DNA of 64,000 nt from Eledone cirrhosa (GCA_964016885.1 OZ024761.1:31310001-31374000), one strand, 5' to 3'. Positions 16,227 through 29,436 are shown, numbered from the stretch's first letter. Numbers and translations are program-made. The notes: a model not told the origin generated them from the sequence alone.

Positions 16227-16688
16227 TCATCTTTTAAGTACATGTGACCGGTCAAACCGCCATCTGACCAATCGGCTGGCCATAAATTGGTAAACAAACT
16301 AATGAACAAAGAAAGATAATCAAGTTTCTACCACGTGACATACCAGACAGTCTAACAACCAATCAGACTGTCTCGCAAAATAACTGAGTCATTCGTTGAA
16401 CCTCATTATCAACGGAAACCTACATAAAAAAAGGGTCACAATAAAATACAGAAAAGATATCGTAACATATATAATATGTATGATAATTATGTTTTGCGGT
16501 AGAGAAGCTCAGTGGACGTTTGCCTAGAGCAGCAAATAGTTTAAATTAAAAGATATATGTAATAATTTATACTTATATATGATTTATATATAATTATAAA
16601 TATAGAGGGTAGGACTAAGTACATTCGTCTGGAAGAAATAATTGTCAGCAATTAAATGTATTAAACTAAGATTTGATTGTTTTATATT

Positions 16689-16755
<67 letters not shown>

Positions 16756-16901
16756 ACGAACTGTATATCGTTAGAGAAACATACACTATTTTGTACATAT
16801 ATATAAAGTATATATCATTTAGGAAAAAGTATATATTGTAAGGGGGGAAAGTTATTTTCCATATTTTTCTAACGATGTATATACATATATCTTTTACTTT
16901 G

Positions 16902-16970
<69 letters not shown>

Positions 16971-16972
<2 letters not shown>

Positions 16973-17158
16973 AACAAGTAAGACCCCGACGGCTGAGCTC
17001 AAGCCGTTTCGACGGCTAATTCTGTCAGAATTAGCCGTCGAAACGGCTTGAGCTCAGCCATCGGGGTCTTACTTGTTCCTATTACCCACTCTACTACCCT
17101 AAGTATTGAGTACTTTGGTGCGTTATGGTCCACCTGGTTCCTTACTACATTTCCTTCG

Positions 17159-17159
<1 letters not shown>
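16971..17159 (+). mobile_element. PLE-like family A fold-back element (54-bp inverted arms + 80-nt tail)
   Basis: Palindrome 16971-17079 centred on 17025, then tail tattacccactctact...ttccttcgt; (TA)n on both sides. Confidence 0.88.
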
Positions 17160-17214
<55 letters not shown>

Positions 17215-17216
<2 letters not shown>

Positions 17217-17430
17217 GGTTCAATCGGGGGTAACCGCAGTAAGTAAGGTACTCAATACATAGCAGAGTATAAATATTTAATATAGAAATGGCTTCTACAA
17301 GACTAGAACTGTTTCATTCTGGAGAAATTCTTTCATTTGGGCGATATGTGAGTCCCGGGTTCAATCGGGGGTAACCACAGTAAGTAAGGTACTCAATACA
17401 TTAGTAGAATGTAAATAACAAATTTAATAG
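17215..17430 (-). mobile_element. PLE-like family C, two tandem partial copies
   Basis: cgggttcaatcgggggtaacc(g/a)cagtaagtaaggtactcaatacat at 17215 and 17356. Confidence 0.78.
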
Positions 17431-17515
17431 CTGTTTGATTTTTATTCGAAGGATATCACCAGGAAATCTGCGAATGATGCAATTAATACTGTTTTTGTTT
17501 ACACTCTACCAATGT

Positions 17516-17570
<55 letters not shown>

Positions 17571-17706
17571 ATATATATGTATATATATATATATATATAT
17601 AATAAAGTGAAATGACAGGAGGCCAAATATGTTAAATTTCCTTAATTTTTTTTTACTGTAAACACTATGCACATTTCAGTAGCCAGGTTGCGTAAGAACC
17701 CGGTTT

Positions 17707-17741
<35 letters not shown>

Positions 17742-17743
<2 letters not shown>

Positions 17744-17907
17744 GGTAAAATTCCGTTATAACGAATACCATTATAACGAATTTTTAAGTATAACGAAATT
17801 TGTTCAATCCCTGGCCGCACGCTCGATGTGTTAGGTCGATCTCTCCATAAAGAATTTTTCGTTACAACGAATTTTTTATACCCCGTGAATTTCGTTATAA
17901 CTGAATT

Positions 17908-17913
<6 letters not shown>
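17742..17913. mobile_element. pogo/Tigger-like MITE
   Basis: TIRs caggtaaaattccgttataacgaa / ttcgttataactgaatttcact, internal repeats of ataacgaa, TA flanks. Confidence 0.75.
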
Positions 17914-17953
<40 letters not shown>

Positions 17954-18490
17954 TGCGATGAAATACCAATGATGGTTGGAAAATCACTGACGAAGGACTA
18001 TTTTTATCATATGTAACCCATGTGCAACCACGCAGTATTCTTCTTTCTTCTCATGTTTTATATATATATATATTTATACACACACAAAATTTACCCATCA
18101 TCACACCAGCCAGCCCACCAAATATTTTGCCCCATTAAGTGCCAGTCACTAGAAGTCAGGCATTAGATGGCACTGGGTCTACACCCCTCCAACATACATT
18201 TCTGTGGTGCATCATTAAATTTAGAAAAATAGAATTTACAAAAGAAAAAATGTCCTGATATAATATACGTTCCTGAACCCACCAGTCCGCTATATGGTCG
18301 TTTCCCCATCGAGAACCGAAGCCCGACGAAGGTCCAACCCCATTTTCACCCCACCCATCCTCTTCCTGGTAACCCCCCACCCCTTACCCTACTCCAATCA
18401 TCACTTAATTTTATCAATTCACCACCGAACTCTTCTCATCGATACAAATTACTTTGTGACGCCTTTGTGAAAATTTTAACACACTTGTGA

Positions 18491-18580
<90 letters not shown>

Positions 18581-18582
<2 letters not shown>

Positions 18583-18692
18583 AAGGAGGTGTAGTAAGAT
18601 ACCAGGTGGATCATAACGCACCAGAGTACTCAATACTTCGAATCTAGCTGTCGAAATGGCGGCCGGAGCTCAGCCGTCGGGGTACTGATTAT

Positions 18693-18696
<4 letters not shown>
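18581..18696. mobile_element. PLE-like family A diverged collapsed copy (tail -, arm +); further arm fragments at 18856-18908 and 19617-19670
   Basis: ccagagtactcaatactt then tagctgtcgaaatggc...gagctcagccgtcggggt. Confidence 0.7.
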
Positions 18697-18762
<66 letters not shown>

Positions 18763-18910
18763 AAAAATTGAACGGGAACAAAACAGAGAGGCAGTACGAA
18801 CAAAGGTTTATTAGTTTCACGCTCTTGAGAGTGGGGTGGTGGATATATATATATTGGAAAAGAATCAGGACCCCGACGACTGATCTCCAGCCGTTTCGGA
18901 CAGCTATCTA

Positions 18911-18958
<48 letters not shown>

Positions 18959-18981
18959 TATATACATATATATATATATAC

Positions 18982-19032
<51 letters not shown>

Positions 19033-19081
19033 AACTTACATATATATAATATTGGGTATGGATCGAAGTTGTAGCTGCATT

Positions 19082-19133
<52 letters not shown>

Positions 19134-19217
19134 GGAAATAGTGAGCCGGAAGTGCAGGGAAGATCTTGCCGGAAGTGGAGGACAAGTGACGTCACTTCTT
19201 GCCAAACACACACACAC

Positions 19218-19276
<59 letters not shown>

Positions 19277-19277
<1 letters not shown>

Positions 19278-19595
19278 AGTGGTTAGAGCGTTGGGCTTGC
19301 AATTGAGAGGTTGTGAGTTCAATTCTCGGACCGGGTGATGCGTTGTGTCCTTGAGCAAGACACTCTATTTCACGTTGCTCCAGTTCACTCACCTGTAGAA
19401 ATGGGTTGCGACGTCACTGGGGCCAAGCTGTATCGGTCAGTGCCTTTCCCTGTGACATATGGTTGGCGTGGAGAGGGGGAGACTGGTTGCAAGGGTTGCC
19501 TGCTGGTCGTCTACAAATAACCTTGCCCGGACTTGTGCCTCGGAGGGGAAATTTGTAGAGGCAAAACAATGGTGATTAGTTACCGATCGGTGCCA
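19277..19595 (+). mobile_element. tRNA-derived SINE family 2
   Basis: A box tagtggttagagc, B-box-like gagttcaattctc, followed by gtgtccttgagcaagacact; homologs at 20790-20930 (-) and 30939-31282 (+). Confidence 0.85.
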
Positions 19596-19664
19596 TACAT
19601 ATTAGATATGTCAGCGTTCTGATCTAGCTGCTGAAACTGCCGGAGCTCAGCCAGCGGGGTCGCG

Positions 19665-19697
<33 letters not shown>

Positions 19698-19896
19698 GGA
19701 ACAAGTAGGACCCCGACGGCTGAGCTCAAGCCGTTTCGACGGCTAATTCTGTACTGAATAGTACAGAATTAGCCGTCGAAACGGCTTGAGCTCAGCTGTC
19801 GGGGTCCTACTTGTTCCTATTACCCACTCTACTACCCTAAGTATTGAGTACTTTGGTGCGTTATGGTCCACCTGGTTCCTTACCACATTTCCTTCG

Positions 19897-19897
<1 letters not shown>
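19698..19897 (+). mobile_element. PLE-like family A fold-back element
   Basis: Near-perfect palindrome 19698-19817 (loop gaat) plus 80-nt tail; (TA)n flanks. Confidence 0.9.
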
Positions 19898-19943
<46 letters not shown>

Positions 19944-20094
19944 CCGGTAAAACTTAAAACCAAAACTGAATACTAACCAATACTATTACTAATTTTTACT
20001 TATTCCTAATTAAACTATTTTTCACTGGGAACAATTTGTCAGCATTTAATTTTCCTTTTACCAATATATCATAACTCGTGTGTTACACCTCTAT

Positions 20095-20132
<38 letters not shown>

Positions 20133-20153
20133 ATATATACATACATACATATG

Positions 20154-20198
<45 letters not shown>

Positions 20199-20228
20199 GT
20201 AATAATAAAATTGAAGACTAAAATCCAA

Positions 20229-20267
<39 letters not shown>

Positions 20268-20280
20268 AATATATATATAT

Positions 20281-20336
<56 letters not shown>

Positions 20337-20361
20337 GTGTATATATATATATATATGTATA

Positions 20362-20581
20362 CAAATGATGACTCAAAAGATATCAAATATGTTTAGAATT
20401 TTGTGTTTCTCAATAAGTAAGCCCAATAGACTTTATCTAGAGCCATAATAACCAAATTAAAAGATATATGTTTATATATAGAGAGAGAACGAATATGTAT
20501 TTGGTATACATACAATATACCGTGTTTCTTTTACGATACATGGCTCTTTCTCTCTTTATAAACATATATCTTTTAATTTGG

Positions 20582-20585
<4 letters not shown>
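20362..20585 (-). mobile_element. Family E fold-back element (inverted arms + ~85-nt tail) in (TA)n
   Basis: ataaccaaattaaaagatatatgtttata (20448-20476) is inverted at 20557-20585; tail homologous to 16450-16560; no intact hammerhead core visible. Confidence 0.6.
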
Positions 20586-20626
<41 letters not shown>

Positions 20627-20789
20627 CATATATATATATACATATATATATATGTGTGTGTATACATACATGGAGCATTATATATAGAATAGTTTGTTGT
20701 TGTTTACAGCTCACACCTATACAGGTTTAGCTGGCCTCCTCCAAGGTATATCTCGTTGGAGATGTCTTGGGTGATTTAATGATAGTGAC

Positions 20790-20930
20790 CCCAGTCCCTA
20801 TCATCTCATTTCTACAGCTAAGTAAACTGTAGCAACGTGAAATAAAGTGTCTTGCTCCCGGTTCGAGAATTGAACTCACAACCTTTCGATTGCAAGTCCA
20901 ATGCTCTAACCACTAAGCCATGCGCCTTCC
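20790..20930 (-). mobile_element. tRNA-derived SINE family 2
   Basis: Reverse complement ggaaggcgcatggcttagtggttagagcattggacttgcaatcgaaaggttgtgagttcaattctcgaaccggg. Confidence 0.85.
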
Positions 20931-21171
20931 ACGTATAGTATAGTAGGAGTATATGTATAATAGAGACGTATATATTCAATGGTGGGACACGTGTAAGTAT
21001 TGGTTCTCTATACTTCCATGTTGTATTACGTAGATATTACAACTTCTGTCTCTTGCTTATTGAATATAATATTAATGGTTGCTTGGCAGTAATTCTACCT
21101 TAGCTTAAATACTCCTTCATATAAGACTGGATAACATTCTTAATGGCTGTGTAAATACTTAGTAAATATGC

Positions 21172-21254
<83 letters not shown>

Positions 21255-21484
21255 GGAAAATGTTTAACCCCGACGGCAGAGCTCCAGCCGTTTGGACGGC
21301 TATTTCTGGACTGAAATAGCGAAATTTTTTTGAGTGAATTTTATTGAGTCCAGAAATAGCCGTCGAAACGGGTTGAGCTCTGCCGTCGGGGTTAAACATT
21401 TCCCTATTACCCACTCTACTACCCTAAGTATTGAAGTACTCTGGTGTGTTATGGTCCATTTAGTTCCTTACCACACCTCCTTCG

Positions 21485-21485
<1 letters not shown>
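21255..21485 (+). mobile_element. PLE-like family A fold-back element with ~32-nt loop
   Basis: Arms 21255-21312 and 21347-21403, then tail. Confidence 0.85.
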
Positions 21486-21544
<59 letters not shown>

Positions 21545-21568
21545 CATATGTATATATATGTATGTATG

Positions 21569-21599
<31 letters not shown>

Positions 21600-21645
21600 G
21601 TACGTATGTATGTATGTGCGTATGTATGTTTGTATGTATGTATGT

Positions 21646-21743
21646 TGTTTCTCTTTCTCTTAATTTCGAGTACACGTTTGACCGGCCACCTTCCTGGTGG
21701 CAAGGTTGTAAAAGAAAAGAAATTGTCATCCCTTGAATCGCAA
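21646..21743 (-). mobile_element. R4-clade LINE family 2, extreme 3' end
   Basis: Reverse complement of 30753-30851; embedded in (TATG)n. Confidence 0.85.
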
Positions 21744-21838
21744 TGTATGTATGTATGTATGTATGTATGTATGTATGTATGTATGTATGTATGTATGTAT
21801 GTATGTATGTATGTATGTATGTACGTATGTATGTGTAT

Positions 21839-22128
21839 GTTCTTATGGTTTTATAATTTCACGAACTTTTGCCCAATAGAGAGAGAGTCAGTTTCTAACA
21901 TAGACACAAGACTCTCTCATCGGAATTTACACAACAGCAACTAGGTAGATATGTCTGCATGTCTGCATGTGTATGCAGATATGGATGTTATCGTATGTGT
22001 ATGTTTTGAGTTGTATGTGTGCATGTGCATATGCTTTGAATCTGTACATGTGTATATGTAGTTATTAGATGCAGAATTTTTGGAATGTTTTACATATTTT
22101 TAGTGTTCCATTAATGGATTGTACTTTG
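21839..22128 (-). mobile_element. R4-clade LINE family 1, 3' end
   Basis: Encodes [20 protein letters not shown] plus 3' UTR, matching 44285-44570; embedded in (TATG)n. Confidence 0.9.
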
Positions 22129-22152
22129 TATGTATGTATATATATATAAGTA

Positions 22153-22188
<36 letters not shown>

Positions 22189-22300
22189 TGTATCTTTGTA
22201 TGTATGTATGTATGTATGTACATATGTGTATGTACATATGTGTATGTACATATGAGTATGTACATATGAGTATGTACATATGTGTATGTACATATGTGTA

Positions 22301-22488
22301 ATAACTGTTTCTATTTTTGAGACAAGGCCAGCAATTACCCCCAGTGCATTACTGGTACTTTATTCTATCAACCTCGTAATGAGGAAAGGCAAAGTTAACC
22401 TCGGCGGGATTTGAACTCAGACCGTAAAGGGCCGTAACTCTATGCTGCAAAGCATGGCGTCCTATCTCTACCGATGCTGCCAAAATCC
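22301..22488 (-). mobile_element. tRNA-derived SINE family 1, near full length
   Basis: Reverse complement of 36028-36212. Confidence 0.9.
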
Positions 22489-22984
22489 TCCAATAATATA
22501 TACGCATATGCACACACACACACACATATATATAGACCTGTTATATTGTAATTGTACCTTTAATGGAACGCTGTGTAAGGTGTACATTTTGTTTTTAAAT
22601 GTATTGCCTTCTCCTCCATTTATTTTTGCTTATATGTGTATGTATGTACATGTACATACATGTACATACACATATACGTATGTACGTATGTGTTTATGTA
22701 CGTATGTATGTAGGTAGATATGTATGTACGTAGGTAGGTAAGTAGATATTTATGTATGTATGTTTGTATGTATGCGTGTGTCTGTGTATGTATGTATTTA
22801 TGTGCGTGTGGATATATGTACGTATGTATGAATGTGTATTAATGTATTTATATATGCATGTGTGTATGTATGGATTTATGTATCTATGCATGTGTGTATG
22901 TTTGTGTGTATGTCAGCTTTAAGTACTATACATACAAACGCATATACATACATTACATTCAAACACACGTAATACATACAAACA

Positions 22985-23475
22985 CACACACACACATACA
23001 TACATACGTACATATATATAATTACATAATACATACGTACGTACATATATACATACATACATACATACAAACACACACACACATATACATACGTACATAT
23101 ATATAATTACATAATACATACGTACGTACATATATACATACATACATACAAACACACACACACACATATACTTACGTACATATATATAATTACACAATAC
23201 ATACGTACGTACATATATACATACATACATACAAACACACACACATACATATACATACGTACATATATATAATTACATAATACATACGTACGTACATATA
23301 TACATACATACATACAAACACACACACACATATACATACGTACATATATATAATTACATAATACATACGTACGTACATATATACATACATACATACATAC
23401 AAACACACACACACATATACATACGTACATATATATAATTACATAATACATATGTACGTACATATATACATACAT
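22985..23475. repeat. ~80-bp higher-order repeat built from (CATA)/(CA)/(TA) microsatellites (~6 units)
   Basis: Recurrent catacgtacatatatataattacataatacatacgtacgtac. Confidence 0.85.
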
Positions 23476-24845
23476 ACATACATACACACATGCATAAAGC
23501 CAGTAATTTTCGTCTGTTTTGTTGTCTTTGTCTGCTGATGACGGCTTGGTTTGTATATATAATATGTCTATACATTTGCGCCAAAAACGTGGAAGCATGT
23601 CCACAAAAATTATACCGAACATAAACACGTCTACACACGTCCACACACACACAAACTCACACCAACTTATACACACAAACATACACAGAGACACACTCAA
23701 ACATATACAGTGACACACTCAAACATATACACAGACACACACATATATATATATGTATCTTTGAATGTCTTTAGACAGTATATGCAGATGTGTGTGCAAA
23801 GGCTTTAGTAAATATGCAGATATGTGTCAATATATTTTGTATGTATGTATGTATGTATGTATGTATGTATGTATGTATGTATGTATGTATGTATGTATGT
23901 ATGTATGTGTGTGTATATGTGTATATAGATATATGTGTGTATGTATGTATGTGTGTATATAGATGTGTGTGTGTATGTATGAATGTATGTATGTATGTAT
24001 GTATGTATGTATGTGTGTGTGTGTATATGTGTATATAGATATGTGTGTATGTATTTGTGTATATAGATGTGTGTGTGTATGTATGTATGTATGTATGTGT
24101 GTATGTGTGTGTGTATATGTGTATATAGATATGTGTGTGTATGTATGTGTGTATATAGATGTGTGTGTGTATGTATGTATGTATGTATGTATGTATGTAT
24201 GTATGTATGTATGTATGTGTGTGTGTGTGTATATGTGTATATAGATATGTGTGTGTATGTATGTATGTGTGTATATAGATGTGTGTGTTTATGTATGTAT
24301 GTATATATGTATGCATATTTGTATATAGGTATGTATGTGTGTATGTATATTTGTATATATGTATGTTTATATGCTTATATGTTTATATGCTTATATGTTT
24401 GTATATATGTATGAATGTATGTGTGTATGCATGCACGTATGTATGTTTTTATGTATATATGTATATATGTATGTATGTACGTATGGATGTATGTAACTAT
24501 ATATGCATGTATTAGTGGTTATGTGCTTATACGTAATTGTGTATGCATGAATGCATGCATGTTTGTAGCAGTTCTGCATTCCTAATTTCATTCTGCATAC
24601 ATGTATGTGTACAGTTTACTGTGCAGCTAGCTTTAATATATTCAATTTAAGGAGAGATGTTTTAATTTATAGCGATATATGGACACATAGAGAGAGGAGA
24701 GAGAGTAAAGATAGATGGACTAAAAGCGAGATAGACAGACAGATGTAAAGGTAGATGGATAGAGAGATAGAAAGACAAATAGAAAGGTAGATATATCTAT
24801 ATATATATAGAGAGAGAAAGGTAGATAAGTAGATAGGTAGATACA

Positions 24846-25373
24846 TATCTTTCTTTATTTGCCACAGGGGCGCACAAAAATGGGACGTTAGAGGACGTGA
24901 CGGCGGAGGTTTTACATAAAAATAACTTTAACATTAATAAATAACAATAAACTATATATAATAAAATAACAATTGAAATCCCCAATATGGGGGAACGTTA
25001 CTGCAGGGTTGTTTTACACCCCGTGGATAGAACAACCCTCAACACCAGGGACGCGTTTTGTAGGTGTCCCCGTCTTCCCTCTGTTTACCTTCCTCAACCT
25101 ACAGGTTTATATACAGAGAAGGTCCATTCACTCGGGCCATTTTTGCCACATTCACCCACCTTTCAGCGAATTTACTGGGGTGTAGCACCTCTCTCTCCAC
25201 TCTCACCTTCCTTCTGAAGTGGTACTTAAAGAAGGGGATAAGTTGTTGTCCGGAGAGAAAGGTGTTTGCCCTCAGTCCTTTTAACCTCGTCCACCATATT
25301 ACCTCTTTCGCCATAGCCAGAAGACAGAGGAAAACCGCCTCTCCTTTGTTCTTAAATGAAGGCGGCGGGGTGA
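24846..25373 (-). mobile_element. Tx1/L1-clade LINE 3' end, copy 1, in (GATA)n
   Basis: Minus-strand ORF tail AKEVIWWTRLKGL...KFAERWVNVAKMARVNGPSLYINL* (AKxxIWxxR...F...W is typical of the L1/Tx1 ORF2 C-terminus), then 3' UTR ending aataaagaaa followed by (TATC)n. Confidence 0.8.
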
Positions 25374-25510
25374 GATAGATAGATTGATAGACAGAGAGAA
25401 AGGTAGATAGACTAACACATTGAAAGGTAGATAGAGAGATGGATAGAAAGGTAGTTAGAAAGACATAGACAGATAGAAAGATAGATAGATAGATAGAGAG
25501 AAATATAGAT

Positions 25511-25844
25511 ATATTTCTTTATTTTCCACAAGGGCGCACAAGAAAAGGGGACAATACAAGGACATATGCCGGGGATTTTACATACAATCGTGTAAAAAAA
25601 CATTTTTAAACAAGCAAATTCAACAATCGAAATCCCCAATAAGGGGGAGGGGGAGGCGTTACAAATGGGTTGTTTAATACCCCGTAGATAGAACAACCCT
25701 CAACTCCAGGAGCGTGTTGTGCAATTGCCCCTTTCCTCCTTTTGCTCTCATCTTCAACCTACAGGTTTATATACAGAGAAGAAGGCCCAATCACTCGGGC
25801 CATTTTTGTTACATTCACCCACCTTTCAGTAAATTTACTGGAGT
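25511..25844 (-). mobile_element. Tx1/L1-clade LINE 3' end, copy 2
   Basis: SKFTERWVNVTKMARVIGPSSLYINL* plus 3' UTR similar to copy 1. Confidence 0.8.
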
Positions 25845-25895
25845 GATAGATAGAAAGGTAGTTAGATATATATATAGATAGATAGATAGATATAC

Positions 25896-25932
<37 letters not shown>

Positions 25933-25941
25933 TATAGATAG

Positions 25942-25972
<31 letters not shown>

Positions 25973-26109
25973 AATGTAGATAGACAGATAGAAAGGTAGA
26001 TGGATAGAAAGGTAGATAGAAAAATAAACACATGACCATATCGTAGAGAGAAAGATAGATAGCAAAGACACAAAGAAAGATTGAAAGAACGCTAGAAGGA
26101 CATAACATT

Positions 26110-27030
26110 TAAATTAAATAGAACGATGGATATAGAGGTAGAGAGAAAGATAGACGAAACGATAGAACGACACGAATTTCAAGGGAAATAGAACGATAGA
26201 TAGAGAGAAAGATAGACGAAACGATAGAACGACATGGATTTCAAGAGAAATAGAACGATAGGTAGAGAGGTAGATAGAACGACAGACGAAACGATAGAAC
26301 AACACAGATTTCAAGAGAAATAGAACGATAGGTAGAGAAGTAGAGAGAAAACTATAGAACGACATGGATTTCAAGAAAGATAGAATGATAGGTAGAGAGG
26401 TAGATAGACAAAACTATAGGACACAGATTTCAAAGTAAATAGAACGATAGATAGAAAGGTAGAGAGAAGGCTAGACAAAACGATGGAACGACACAGATTT
26501 CAAGGAAAATAGAACGATAGATATCTTTACACGAAACGATAGAACGACATGGATTTCAAGGTAAATGGAACGATAGGTAGAGAAAAAGATAGACTAAACG
26601 ATAGAAAGAGACGGATTTCAAGGTAAATAGAACGATAGGTAGAGAAAAAGATAGACTAAACGATAGAAAGAGACGGATTTCAAGAGAAATAGAACGGTAG
26701 ATATAGAGGAGGAGAGAACGATAGACAAAACGATAGAAAGATATGGATTTCAAGGAAAATAGAACGATGAATAGAGAGAAAGATAGACAAAACAATAGAA
26801 GATCACAGATTTCAAGAGAAATAGAACGATGGATAGAGAGGTAGAGAGAAAGATAGACAAAACGATAGAAAGACACAGATTTCAAGAGAAATAGAACGAT
26901 GGATAGAGAGGTAGATAGAACGACAGACGAAACGATAGAACGACACAGATTTCAAGAGAAATAGAACGATAGGTAGTGAGGAAGAGAGACAAAAGATAGG
27001 ACACAGATTTCAAGGAAATAGAAAGATAGT
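26110..27030. repeat. ~62-bp minisatellite (gatagaacgacacagatttcaagagaaatagaacgataggtagag...)
   Basis: Recurrent gatttcaag..aaatagaacgat, ~14 units. Confidence 0.92.
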
Positions 27031-27269
27031 AAAATAAGTCAAGAAGAAAATGAACAACAATAAACGTTGCAGAGCCATATTTGTGCTATGTAAAAGCTGA
27101 CTTTGCGGCCATTTACTGTCACATCTCCCTGAACGGGAGGTGTCGTTGAAAGAGTTGTAGTCAGAGAGATAAAGCTAGATAGGTAGGTAGGTAGATAGGT
27201 AGATAGATAGATAGATAGAGAGATAGATAGATAGGTAGGTAGGTAGATAGATAATAGATAGATAGATAA

Positions 27270-27597
27270 ATTTCTTTATTAACCACAAGGGGGGGGGGGA
27301 GTTTACATAAAAGAACGAGTAAAACACAAATAACAAATATAAAATTAACAATACAGTCCTCAATAGGGAGGAGGCGTTTTGGGGGTCGCACCCCCCCCCC
27401 CGAAAAAGTGTGCAACCCTTTTCCTTAGGAGCACAGAGAGAGGGTGCTCCCTTGAACTTTCACCTTTTCACCTACAGGCTGATAAAGAGAGAAGGCCCAT
27501 TCACACGGGCCATTCTCGCTACTTTCACCCACCTTTCATAAAACTTGCTGGGGTAGAGCACCTCTCTCTCTCCTTTCTGATCCTTCTCTTAAAATGA
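27270..27597 (-). mobile_element. Tx1/L1-clade LINE 3' end, copy 3 (second 3' UTR type)
   Basis: ggcccattcacacgggccattctcgctactttcacccacctttc is homologous to copies 1 and 2. Confidence 0.8.
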
Positions 27598-27683
27598 TTA
27601 GATAGATAGATAGGTAGATAGTTAGATAGGTAGGTAGATAGTTAGATATGTAGATAGTTAGATAGGTAGGTAGTTAGATAGAT

Positions 27684-28048
27684 ATGTTTCTTTTATTTGC
27701 CACCAGGGCATCAAAAGTGGGACAAGTACAATGGGGGGAGTTTACAAAACAAGGCGTCCTCAATAAGGAGGAGGCAATAACAATATATAAAAATAAAATA
27801 AAATATAACAAAAAATAAAATTTATAACAAAGTCCTCAATAGAGAGGAGGCGCCTTGGGGGGTCGCACACACCCCCGAAAAAAGTGTGCAACCCTTCTCC
27901 TCAGGAGCACAGAGAAGGGGTGCTCTCTTGGTCTTTCATCTTCCTCACCTATAGTCTGATGTAGAGTGAAGGCCCATTCACACGGGCCATTCTCGCCACT
28001 TTCACCCATCTTTCATAGAAACGGCTGGGGTGCAGCACCTCTCTCTCC
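27684..28048 (-). mobile_element. Tx1/L1-clade LINE 3' end, copy 4
   Basis: EREVLHPSRFYERWVKVARMARVNGPSLYIRL*; 3' UTR like copy 3; (GATA/GGTA)n flanks. Confidence 0.8.
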
Positions 28049-28552
28049 AGATAGGTAGATAGGTAGATAGCTAGATAGGTAGGTAGATAGATAGGTAGGT
28101 AGATAGGTAGATAGGTAGGTAGATAGATAGGTAGGTAGATAGGTAGATAGGTAGGTAGATAGCTAGGTAGGTAGGTAGGTAGATAGATTGAGAGTGACAG
28201 AAACATGGTGACAGAGAAGAGTAGCGCATAAGGACGTGTGAATGAGGAAAGAGTGAGAGACAGAGAGGCAGAGAGGAAGTGAGAGAGGGAGAGAGAGAGA
28301 GTGAAGAAGAGAGATAGCGAGAATGAGGAAGAGAGAGCAAGAGAGAGAGAGAGAGAGAGATAGTGTGTGTGTCTGTGTGTATGGCAAAGAAGAGAAGCGA
28401 CATTTGCCAAGGTCACAGGAATCGTCTATGACTGTACAAACAGACACAGCGTCAATGTCGAGACTAACAGTGGCATGGCTTCTATGACCTTCATATATAT
28501 TAAACCACGTTTCAATACGTTTCGTTGCTCTTCTCCTTCTACTACACTACAC

Positions 28553-28610
<58 letters not shown>

Positions 28611-28626
28611 TTTTATTTTATAGAAG

Positions 28627-28679
28627 GAGCTTCTACAGGACTAGTACTGTTTCATTCAGATGAAATCTTCAGGAAGCTC
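28627..28679 (-). ncRNA. Type I hammerhead ribozyme motif (family C)
   Basis: Minus strand gagcttc-CTGAAGA-tttcatctgaat-GAAA-cag-tactagtc-ctg-T-A-gaagctc: 7-bp stem I, 4-bp stem III, GUA cleavage triplet, weak stem II. Confidence 0.78.
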
Positions 28680-28734
28680 ATATATATGTATATATTTATA
28701 TATATATATGTATATATATATATATTAATTCATA

Positions 28735-28800
<66 letters not shown>

Positions 28801-28953
28801 CATACATAAATATATATATATATAAATATATATATATGAATTAATATATATATATATACATATATATATATAAATATATACATATATATATAAATATATA
28901 CATATATATGAATTAATATATATATATATACATATATATATATAAATATATAC

Positions 28954-29023
<70 letters not shown>

Positions 29024-29150
29024 ATATTTATATATATATACACACACACACACCTCACTCTCACTAAGCGTGAAACTAATAATATTTGTAATATTTACTC
29101 CTGCGTTTGTCTGTTTTTGTTTTTTGTTTTTTGTTTTCTGATATTCCGAA

Positions 29151-29197
<47 letters not shown>

Positions 29198-29367
29198 GTT
29201 TATTTATATATGTATAAACACACACACATACACATATATATATATCTATCTCTGTTTATCTGTATATCTACTGTATATACCTGTATCACTCTCACTCTCT
29301 CTCCCTCTCTATCTATCTAGCTATTTCTCTCTCTATATATATATGTACCTCTATCACTCTCTCCCCT

Positions 29368-29436
<69 letters not shown>

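Noticed and set aside
19277-19335. tRNA genes here and at 20860-20930, 30939-31010 and 36030-36115
   Set aside because: A/B boxes continue into shared SINE bodies; no intact cloverleaf.
23530-23610. Hammerhead candidate CTGATGAcggc...gccAAAAACgtgga...tccac
   Set aside because: GAAA core is absent (AAAA) and stem I is not evident; at most a decayed copy.
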